Part shown: piece after piece, positions 54,119 through 64,000 of the stretch
How positions within the stretch are numbered: the first letter of the stretch is position 1
Layout: each line of letters starts with the position of its first letter
Origin: Octopus sinensis
Taxonomy: Eukaryota
NCBI RefSeq assembly: GCF_006345805.1
Contig: NW_021832232.1
Coordinates: forward strand, 248,001 to 312,000
DNA length: 64,000 bases
Direction: 5' to 3'
Position numbers and translations under genes: made by a program
Notes under the pieces: model-generated
What the model saw: only the letters and a program-made list of their open reading frames with translations
Database searches by the model: none
What the model was told of the DNA's origin: nothing

Positions 54119-56793
54119 ATGGAATTTGAACAACTTTGTAAATCCTTATGCAACAAAATTGTCAAAAAACATGATGGTCTCTATTTTAGTTAACAACGCT
54201 TTTAGGATCAGAACAGAGCCTTATAAAATTCAGCCTTGGCCATCTCATGCAGTAAGCATACATTATATCAGTCACAATTCATTAAATTCCTTTATAAAAA
54301 TAGAAATCGCAATTCTGATTTTGAAAGAGTCGACGAAATGAGAATTGTTGACCTTTTAAGGAAACAAAATGGACCAGGACGGCAAATCACTCGACTCTTT
54401 GAACTATTGAGACGAATTCGCCAATCGAGGAATGATTCGGGAAGATTTGTCGCCTTTATTTACCACTTACTCAAAAAATGTGGTTTCCCTTCCCACAAAC
54501 ACACACTTTCCCTCCAAAACTCTCAAAATTCTGTCTCGGGAAACAGGATTCTCCCGGTCGGACGACAGATTGTCCCAAAAACTAGCAGTTGTGTGGAAAT
54601 GATCATTTAGTGGTCGAAAAGTACAGACAGGAACAAGATTTCGTAATCAGCGACGCCTTAAACCTAATCCAGGACATTGATTTGGGGTACAGCCCTGCAG
54701 AGAAGGAATTTGGGTTAAATTAGGTGTAGTTGTCCCAGCCATTGGCAGACCGGGCCTCCAGACTGAGGGAAATTGGCTGGCTGTTCGGCAAAGTGGAGGC
54801 AATGTCGGGCAATCGAGAGGAATCAGGCACTCCATACTTAGTTATGAAGGTTATTTGACTGGCTTAGTTGAGTAGGCATTCCAATACTCCCTCAAACAAG
54901 AGCTTGTGGATTATTATGGACTTGTATCGACAATGGCTTCACATATAAACCAACAAATATCACAAAAGAATGTCACACAAAGTCTGAGTTTGACTCGAAT
55001 TGAGGTGTCCTTCTACGATATGAAAAAGACATTGAAAGCACTGGGAATGATCAGTGAGAGTTGTCTGGGTGGGGAGTGTGTCTGACTCCACTAGACAAGA
55101 AGGGGGGAGAACTGATATCCCACATCTACCAATATTGGTCGTGTAGTGGTGATCCCTTCATTCGGGAGTTGGTGGAGAGATTGCTTAGACTGACTTTGGA
55201 ACCACTGATGCGCTTCATTCTTACTTTCGTGCAATCTGGTGTCATTCACGACCCTTATTTAGAGGTTTGTGCTCTCCTTTTGTTTTTATAGTTTTTTGTG
55301 TCGTTGAATCCCGGAGTCGGGGACCACGAGATTTGGACATACAAATATATAATTCGCAAGTCAATGATTCCGACCTTTCTGAGCATTAAACAAGCAGAAA
55401 TGGTAAAGTGGACTGAACTAGCATAGATTTTGTCGATTGGTCGTTGTGTCGCATTTCTGGGCTATATCGAGGACCCCACGTTGGTCAAGTCCTCACAATT
55501 CATTCAACTCACCTCCAAATTATTCTCAGACGGTACAATCACAATATTATTTCAATCAGGCTATTTTATGTACTCAGACAACGAGGAATTTGAACTAAGA
55601 CTGTTCAAAATACACAAAATGGCGAATAGCCACGTTTTGAAGGCCTTTTCGAGGATTCATCGCTTTGTGGAACACATAAGTGCGATCCGCCGATACCTGC
55701 TGCTCTCACAAGGGGACTTTGTTCGGCATTTGATGGATTTGCTGGAGTTGTTTTGTGATTGGTAGGGTTTAGACCTGAACTGAGCAAGTCTGCCAGTCTC
55801 CAGCAAAGACACACACTCAATTCAATTCTCGACTCAGCAATCAGGAGTACAAGTGCCCAATATGAGTCCGATTGTGTAATCGAGAGACTTTCTGTTCGAC
55901 TTCTTCAGCTGGCCAATGATGAGGTCGGCTGGGATGTCTTTACCCTAAACTATGAGCTCCCTCTGGCTCTGAACACTGTTGATTGATGTGTGCTGAGGTG
56001 TAGGTGATAGGACATGACGCAATGCTGATGTATTTGCGTGCTTTTAACTTTCTGTGGAGGTCCAAACGACTGGAGTATACTCTGTCTGCAGCCTGGCTCA
56101 GTCTAATCCACAATTCCCGTCGTTTGAGGAAACTTGTGGGTTGATTTAGTGATGAGGGATGGGTTAGAGTTGAGACCTGTTCTGCACGTGTGTTTCACTC
56201 TCCTTTCCAGTATGATTCAATTTGTGGCACAGATTCAGTATTATCTTAACTTTGAGGTGGGTTGGATTCACTAATTCGCAGGTCTTGGAATGTGCTTGGG
56301 ATGCCTTTCTTCAGAGTTTGGAGACTGTTGTTGACTTGAATGACTTGGCAGCTGCTCATAATGTGTTTCTGAAGACCATCCTGGTTGGATCCTTCATTGA
56401 CGATTCTTCCCTGGTGTGCCTGGTTGTCCCGATTGTAGGAGTTGTTGGGAGAACTGAGAAGTATATTCGACATTGTAGTACAGTTTGAGCACCATTTAAA
56501 CTTGCTTATTTCCGAGGCCTTTGGTGAGTATTCCCGATGTGAAAAGGTTGGGGATTTTATTATTCGGGCAGACGGGCGAATGTGGTTTTGACGCGAGAAG
56601 GTTTAGCATTCACGTGGCGGATTATAAGTCCAGATTTGACGTGTATTCCCTTACATTCAAGGTTGCGTTGCCTTCTGGTCATTGGTAGGAGAAAGTCAAG
56701 TTTTTTTTGTGCTCGCTTTTGACGAATGATACTGATGACCTCAAATTCCTTGGTTTTCGACTCGATTTTAACAATTTTTATTTCACAAAATGA
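54119..56793 (+). CDS. TUBGCP3: Gamma-tubulin complex component 3
   Basis: IWTYKYIIRKSMIPTFL, AIRRYLLLSQGDFVRHLMDLL, GWDVFTLNY, FNFLWRSKRLEY, FEVLECAW, LKFLGFRLDFN; many micro-introns. Confidence 0.92.
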
Positions 56794-56970
56794 CATTTTT
56801 GTCTATCATACGCGCATTCCATCTACCTTTTACCTTACTTGCTTTTTAATAGAAAGCCTACTGACTGAATGTTCAAATAAGAGCCTCGCAATAAATATAC
56901 TAATTTGATGTAATTTAACCAGACTCTTAACATGACATAATTAGACATTGAGTGTAGCAATTGAAAACAA

Positions 56971-57773
56971 TCAAATAAGTTCAACACGGTTGGATAGGAC
57001 AAGATCTCTGATGAGGTCATAACGAATAATGAACTGGTCGTCCTTACTAAGATTGACGATATTATTCCTGATAATAAGAGCACACACCACACCTCCCAGT
57101 TGTCTGATCTCCCAACACCACCTGCCCCATATTCTCCAAACACCGAATATACACAAATCTGTGCAAATACGGCTTAGGGAAATTGGACTCTGCACAGTCA
57201 GGACTACTCACCACCCTTCTCGCATTCCTTAAAGTGCCGCATGTTTATCGGCAAGTGGGCCAGTCCATGATACCGAATATACCCCTTTATCAAGTCGTTG
57301 AAACTGCCCTCCACACAAACACTACCCTTTTAGAAAGTCCAATTCGTAGGAAGACAGCACATGATAGTTGCCCAGTTGTTGGTAGTGTTCCATGCAGTCC
57401 TCGATCTGCACTCTCAGCCATATTAATACTTTTTTGAGGCGACAACGCAGATATGACGACACCAAATACTTGAGGCGCTCATTCTACGATATTATTGAGT
57501 GGGGATTGCCTCCAGTTGGTGAAGACTCACTCGTAGGTCACGTGTTCTTACAGATTTTATATTCTGGTCAATAAGGGTTATTTGGGAGATCAGGGCTGCG
57601 ACAAGTTCCTCGTTGTGTGGCAACAATTCAGGCGCTAACTTCTCATTCTGGAAAGCCTTTTTACTTGTTGCTTATTGGTTATATAGTTTTACGATGTAAA
57701 GTCGTCTGACGAGTTCTTCTACGCTTATTTCAACTTCTTCACTGTTTTGTGTCACGTCGCAATCACCAGGCAT
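56971..57773 (-). CDS. GINS4: GINS complex subunit 4 (SLD5)
   Basis: Spliced product AFQNEKLAPELLP...LHQLENERLKYLVSSYLRCRLKKIE...QFIIRYDLIRDLVLSNRVELI; six introns of 22-36 nt. Confidence 0.92.
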
Positions 57774-58173
57774 CACGAAACAGGGATTGTTTATTATTTT
57801 ATTACTAAATTGTAATATTGCTCATAAAAACTTTGAACTTTTTATAAAATTAAATAACTTATTGATTTTAAAATATGTTTCAGATTTTTGAATGTAAAGC
57901 TTCAAAACATTTAAAAATTATGCCAGTTGCCTTAAAGGTCGTCGTTAAAAATTTTTACTTTAAGTAATTCAAGATAAACCACATTTAGTAAATTTAAAAT
58001 AATTTATTTTTCAATATTTGTTTGATTATTTTTAAAAATAAAACATAATATAAACCTTTTTGATGTTGGGTTTCGTTGTTGTGTGTCACCATTAATCACT
58101 GTTTATTCTTGGTTAGAATTTCTCTGGATATTATTTCACATAACAAAACTAAATATTTTCCTAGAATTACCAA

Positions 58174-61100
58174 ATGTCATTTCCTACCCATAAAAAACCC
58201 ATTTCCTTCCCCAAAAGACGTTCATCGAGTGCCACAGTGCAGTCCCTGGATCATTATCCCTCCAAGAATGCCACCTCCTGTCTACGTGAGTCAGAATCTG
58301 CCCCTTTAATAACACTGGCTAATCAAACAGCCCTTCCAGCAAAGGAATGTCCTCACGAAGAGACTTTTCTGAGCCTGAAAAGTTATATAACCCAAAATAA
58401 AACGAGGAAACGTCGTTCAAGGTAATAAAACCAAATAAATTCAGAACAAGGCAGAGGAAGACGGTCAACAAAGACATTCGACTGTTAAAAAAACTCTACA
58501 AGTCAAGTTATCCTCAAGTTGTCGTTTTTTGGCCATTTTTAGGCTTTATCTGAAATGAAGACAAATTTGGAATCATTTTTAGAAAATTCGAATTCCAATT
58601 CTCGCCAAGTCAATGTTCTGCACAATCAAATTGTTTCATTGGCCAGAGATTTGTTGAACAGAATAAAGAAGGGTGATTCCTTCAATTCCAACGACTTTTA
58701 TGTCTTTGAAAGCAACATTCAAGTCCTCATCTCCCACGTAGACAACACGTAGTCCTAATTCCCAGATTGAGACCAAAATGACAGTCGACGTGTCACATTT
58801 GCTCGAGTCTTGTCATTCTTTGCGAGGGATTGTTCGTAGACCTACCAGGCTAATGGAATGCATAGTTGGCCTGTTTTTTAATTTTCAGGAAATTTTGTCT
58901 TCGGAAAAAACGCATTTAGTTGACTTTGAGTATAAATTTGAAACAAACACGGGAAAATATGTGAAGGAACATGTCTTGGGGATGGGACCTGTCCGGCAGT
59001 GTGGTCCCTCTGAGGAAACAGACTTGTCCTGTCAGAATCCACGTGAAAGTGACTTTGAGGAAATAAAGACGATAAGCAGAGGGGCTTACGGGTTTGTCTG
59101 AATAATATTTGTAAGGATTGTTATACTCGTGAAACACGTCAAAACTGGGCTTAACTTTGCGATGAAAAAGATTAGGAAAAGTCTGTTGATGTTACGTAAT
59201 CAAGTCGACCAAGTCTACACTGAGAGAGACATTCTCACATTCAACGACAATCCGTTTGTGGTCAATTTGTTCTGCAGTTTTGAAACTGCGGTTAGTGAGT
59301 GGTGATATTGGTAGAGACATTTATGTATGGTAATGCAGTATGTGGAGGGTGGTGACTGTGCTGCACTCCTCCAAAAGGTTGGCTCGTTTCCCTTCGATTT
59401 GAGTCGGTTGGTCGTCTTTGTGACTGTTTTAGAATATATGTGGCGGAGACTACTCTCGCATTGGAATACCTCCACTCCTATGGAATCGTCCACAGAGATT
59501 TGAAGCCGGACAAGTTGTTGTTTGAGATTACCGTAGTCTGCTGATTACTGCAAAGGGACATATAAAACTGACTGATTTTGGACTGTCCAAGATTGGGCTG
59601 ATTAACAGTGCCATTTGACGTTGCTATTGTAGTGGTGACGGGGTATTGCGAAAAGTCGATCGTCCAGAACTGTCAGGAGTTTAAGGACATGCAAGTGTTT
59701 GGGACACCGGAATATATTGCCCCCGAAGTGATACTTCAGACAGGATATGGTTGAGGACTTGCTGTCTGACCAATTTAGGAAAGCCGGTCGATTTGTGGTC
59801 ACTGGGGATTATTCTTTTTGAATTTCTTGTGGGGACTGTTCCCTACTTTGGAGAAACTCCCGAAGAACTGTTTTCCCATGTCGTCAATGGTTGTTTATTC
59901 ACGTGATGAATAGAAACATTTGAGTGGCCCTCCGAGGCTAATCTGCCCGTGGAAGCAGTGGATATTGTCAACAGACTGCTTCAGCATGACCCAGTAAAGA
60001 GGTTGGGCACTGCCGGACTCGACGAGATCAAAGAACACTGTTTCTTTGATTCGTTGGATTGGAGTGCACTTTTGTGTCAGAAGGTGAGTTATATTCCCAG
60101 TATCAGTGAGGACGATGACGTCAGTTGCTTTGATGGTGCCGACTATTACGTAATCCATAGATCGATCCGACCGTTTCTCCAACCACGGATCGAATGAGAG
60201 TGATGAAGTAACGTCAGACATGTTCAGTTCATTCTCATCTCTATCGCCACTGTATGTAAGTTTGAACACAAACAGAGACGACATAAACTCAAACGTGGAT
60301 GATTTGTGTCATGTTTAGGAGTCGGGTTCGTTCTACAGATATTCCAGCAATCGAGTCCCCCGACGAGTATCTCTTGACCAGTCAAGTCACCCAGTTGACT
60401 CTCCTCTCAGTTTTTGCAATTCCTTCGACACCTCCGTCAGTTCTTGCTGTTAATAATAGTTGGGAGATGAGGACTCCGAGTGCCACAAGATCTCTGTCGA
60501 CAATATATTGGGACACCGGAAAAAGTCACGTGTTTCCCCCATTCCATCTTTCAAAATATCGTCAATCATCAACCCAGAGAGGGAATGTAAAAACTGTACT
60601 TTGATTATTTTTATATTTTAGCATTGAGTCAGGTCTTCAGTTTCCGTAAAACAAGTCCTTCCACTGCCTCCAACACCTCAAGGACGAAAAACGTTTCCAG
60701 ACTGCGTAGGAATGTGGTCATTCACCGTGGACTGTGGGGGTTTGGCTTTCGTGTTTTGGCCCTCCCTAAACGCTCGTCTGAATACCTTAAGCACGTGATT
60801 GATGTTGACTAATATGTATAATATGAGTAGTCTGTGAGTGGACCGGCTGTCGATGTTGGTCTTAAAGTTGGGACTGTCATAACGCATATCAACGGGACGG
60901 ACATTACTCGGATGTCCCATGTTGATGTTGTACGCATTTTGATGAAGAGTGGTCCTGTGGTTGGTCTATATTGTGACTCTCAGTTGAGTCTGTCTATAAT
61001 CGAGAAGCATAATTCGAGGAGGAATCATTTATATCTTTCCAACAGGTTTATCAGTTCATTTCGGAGATGTGAAATCAAGTCGTCGAATGTTTCTGCTCTT

Positions 61101-61281
61101 CGGAGGAGGGTTGGAACTATTGGGGTCACTCCTGTGGTATTCTGCTTTATGGAACTGACAGTTTGATTTCAAAGTTGGATCATCCGTCTCAGATTTGTCA
61201 TATTCTGAACCAAAACTTACTGCTGAACCTAAGATTGATGAAACGTCGTACTGCTGTGATGATTCCAAGCACTCTTGCTAA
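58174..61281 (+). CDS. MAST: Microtubule-associated Ser/Thr kinase (DUF1908-AGC kinase-PDZ)
   Basis: [69 protein letters not shown], and PDZ GFGFRV...GPAVDVGL...ITHING. Confidence 0.93.
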
Positions 61282-61476
61282 TAGTATTGTATATATGCTT
61301 GCTTCTACTTATTTCTCTGTGTGCTAGAGTTAGTTCTTATTACCAACCTCCACCAACTGCTTTTATTAATTTTAGAAAGAATGCTGTCTTAGGCATTGTT
61401 TATTTTAGTTCTCTATTGTTGGCATGAAATTAATTCCTGCAACGAAATATCTCTAATAATAAAATGGTATGGTGTT

Positions 61477-61525
61477 GTCTGTCTGTCTGTCTGTCTGTGT
61501 GTCTGTCTGTCTGTCTGTCTGTGTG
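61477..61525 (+). repeat. (CTGT)n microsatellite
   Basis: Visible directly. Confidence 0.9.
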
Positions 61526-61545
61526 TGCACACCAACTTCAAATTG

Positions 61546-62430
61546 GCAATACGATGTCCTCGACTTACATGATGAGGTCCTTAAAACCTTCCCCCCCAAA
61601 AAATTAAAAAAAAATTTTCTGCATTTTGTTAAAATGAACAACTACAATGTCCTCGACTTACATGATGAAGTCCTTAAAACCTTCCCCCCCAAAAAAATTA
61701 AAAAAAAATTTTCTGCATTTTGGTTAAAATGAACAACTACAATGTCCTCGACTTACATGATGAAGTCCTTAAACCTTCCCCCCAAAAAAATTAAAAAAAA
61801 TTTTCTGCATTTTGGTTAGAATGAACAACTACAATGTCCTCGACTTACATGATGAAGTCCTTAAAACCTTCCCCCCAAAAAAATTAAAAAAAAATTTTCT
61901 GCATTTTGGTTAAAATGAACAACTACAATGTCCTCGACTTACATGATGAAGTCCTTAAAACCTTCCCCCCAAAAAAAAATAAAAAAAAATTTTCTGCATT
62001 TTGGTTAAAATGAACAACTACAATGTCCTCGACTTACATGATGAAGTCCTTAAAACCTTCCCCCCCAAAAAAATTAAAAAAAATTTTCTGCATTTTGGTT
62101 AAAATGAACAACTACAATGTCCTCGACTTACATGATGAAGTCCTTAAAACCTTCCCCCCAAAAAAAATTAAAAAAAAATTTTCTGCATTTTGGTTAAAAT
62201 GAACAACTACAATGTCCTCACTTACATGATGAAGTCCTTAAAACCTTCCCCCCAAAAAAATTAAAAAAAAATTTTCTGCATTTTGGTTAAAATGAACAAC
62301 TACAATGTCCTCGACTTACATGATGAAGTCCTTAAAACCTTTCCCCCAAAAATCAAAAAATTATTTTCTGCATTTTGATTAAAATGAACAACGCGAATGT
62401 CCTCGACATTCATGATGAGGTCCATTAAAA
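61546..62430 (+). repeat. About 94-bp tandem repeat, about 9.5 copies, inside the Helitron
   Basis: Unit AACTACAATGTCCTCGACTTACATGATGAAGTCCTTAAAACCTTC(n)A(n)TTA(n)TTTTCTGCATTTTGGTTAAAATGAAC. Confidence 0.95.
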
Positions 62431-62645
62431 CCTTCAAGGCAAAAATCTCACGTATTAAGAATATCCTTGATGAAAACGACAGCGAGAATATTAACAATGA
62501 TGAACTCCCAATTATTCGCGATAAAGAAATTCAATTCATCCTATGTTTTTCTCTTTAAAATTAAATGCATATATCATTATCGACCATGAATCAAAATTAA
62601 AGCTATTATCATATTTGACTTTGACAGAATGTGCAATCACAGATT

Positions 62646-62850
62646 GCACGACTTTGAATAGAGTGTGCAAGTAACAGATTTAGAAAAACCACTTTGATAG
62701 TTGAAACCACATTAGCACAATCATTAACACAATTTACCACCAATTGACGCACGACCTTGAATAGAGTGTGCAATTAACAGATTTTGAAAAACACTTTGAT
62801 AGTTGAAACCACATTAGCACAACCATTAACACAATTTACCACCAATTGAC
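62646..62850 (+). repeat. About 101-bp tandem duplication inside the Helitron
   Basis: GCACGAC.TTGAATAGAGTGTGCAA...ACCACCAATTGAC occurs twice. Confidence 0.9.
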
Positions 62851-63731
62851 AGCGCAATCAGAAGAATTTGCGTAAAAATATTAACTATTTACTTGAGTTT
62901 TTCGTAAAGATAGAATTTATTTTCGGTATGCCTCTTTTCCTAAACTTTTTTATTATTCAAAAATAATTTTTTAAATAGATAACCGAAGGAGGAAAAACGA
63001 AGCTGAAGAAAAAACGGTCAGCTTATAAGGTAATTAATTAAATCTTTTTTGTGTGTCGCTTTCTTGCCTGCCGCATTTCCGCCTGCCGTATCTCCCCCTG
63101 CCCCATTTCCGCCAGTAAAAATAAAAAAAGAAAAAAAGGAAATTACAAAGGAAAAATGAAAAAATTAAATATAAAAAAAAAAACCACAAAAAATGAAAAA
63201 AAAGTTTGCAATGACAATAAACAAGGCCCAGGGACAGTCATTAAAGGTAGTTGGGTTATTTTTAGAGAGTGAGTGCTTTTCACATGGACAGCTGTATGTG
63301 GGATGCTCGAGGGTAGGCAGAAGAGAAAATTTATTCATATATGCCAAGGAAGGACGGACGACAAACATCGTTTATCAACAGGCGATAGAATAGGGTTACA
63401 TTAAACCAGGTAGTTTTATACATCTACATAAACTTATAGTTGTTTGATGAAACAGGCCCTCCGCAGGAGCTAGGTCGCGGTGAGCGAAGCGAGCTGCCGA
63501 GCTAGTAAACTATAATTCCATTAGTGCCTCACATCTATCATTATCTTGAGGTCTTCGACATCTTTTAGTTTAGTCATTGTTTGAACTCCAGTGAGGGCAG
63601 TACGTGGGCGAACTATTTTCAACGTGTTTCGTAGAATTCTTTTATGGTAATATTTGCAGCCGTGTTCTGCTCTGTTCTTAAACTTTGATATTCGCATTTT
63701 AGAAGTGTTTATTGCTAAGGATCGTTTAGAC

Positions 63732-63890
63732 CAGGGGTTCTCAGCCTTTTTAGTCGTCGACCCCTTAATTTTTTTCGACCCCCCTTTAGTATTTAATCGA
63801 ACCCCTTAAAACTTTTATTTAAATAGAAAGACAATTCTAAGTAAAATTGGTTAACTAAGTATCTAAAATGAATTCATTGTTAATATTCAA
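63732..63890 (-). mobile_element. hAT terminus related to the right end at 40680-40775
   Basis: CAGGGGTTCTCA, GTCGACCCC motifs, shared CTAAAATGAATTCATT; flank GTTTAGAC. Confidence 0.75.
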
Positions 63891-64000
63891 ATTAAGCGGC
63901 CTGCCGCCCGGTGCGATCTTGTGTGGGCTCGTGGAAAGATCACCGAGCGAAGATGAGGTCACTGGTCGAGTGCATCGGGATCACGTGACTTTTGTTTTGA

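Larger units (their letters stand above)
61450..63505 (+). mobile_element. Non-autonomous Helitron, apparently complete (2056 bp)
   Basis: A|TC 5' end, (CTGT)n microsatellite near the 5' end, helicase C-terminal remnant, hairpin and CTAG|T 3' end. Confidence 0.88.

Noticed and set aside
61546-62430. CRISPR array
   Set aside because: The inter-repeat sequence is identical between units, the context is eukaryotic, and no cas genes are present.
63969-64000. 25-bp motif shared with 48273-48298 containing TCACGTGA
   Set aside because: The other copy lies inside a Tc1 terminal repeat, so this is probably a TE fragment cut by the window edge.

Overview
AT-rich eukaryotic nuclear DNA from an animal: it has a Src-family kinase, a Dlg-type MAGUK and a PDZ-containing MAST kinase. 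Its spliceosomal introns are very small (about 22-36 nt, GT..AG, one probable GC..AG), which suggests a reduced parasite such as a myxozoan or dicyemid (inference). Host genes recovered by manual splicing: CLASP (5' end), mitochondrial IF2, an orphan coiled-coil gene, RBM26/27, cytosolic Hsp70, CDK2AP, SREK1-like, Src-like kinase, a PDZ-SH3-GuK Dlg, GCP3, GINS4/SLD5 and MAST, plus tRNA-Thr(AGT) and tRNA-Ala(TGC). These genes sit in compact clusters separated by heavily nested transposon remnants: hAT/Buster, pogo/Tigger, Tc1, IS630-like, Ginger, MULE, Helitron, and CRE-like, RTE and other non-LTR retroelements. Main observations: (1) three transposase genes carry host-style micro-introns, and two of these introns are absent from paralogous copies in the same window; (2) a DD35E IS630-like family inserts at CTAG and has TIRs built from 20-21-bp tandem arrays; (3) a TSD-matched 15-kb hAT envelope contains a tRNA gene; (4) intron composition shifts from A/C-rich to G/T-rich along several genes; (5) about ten CRE-like retroelement fragments are present. 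Family names come from recognising motifs by eye; no database search was run. Boundaries of decayed elements are approximate.
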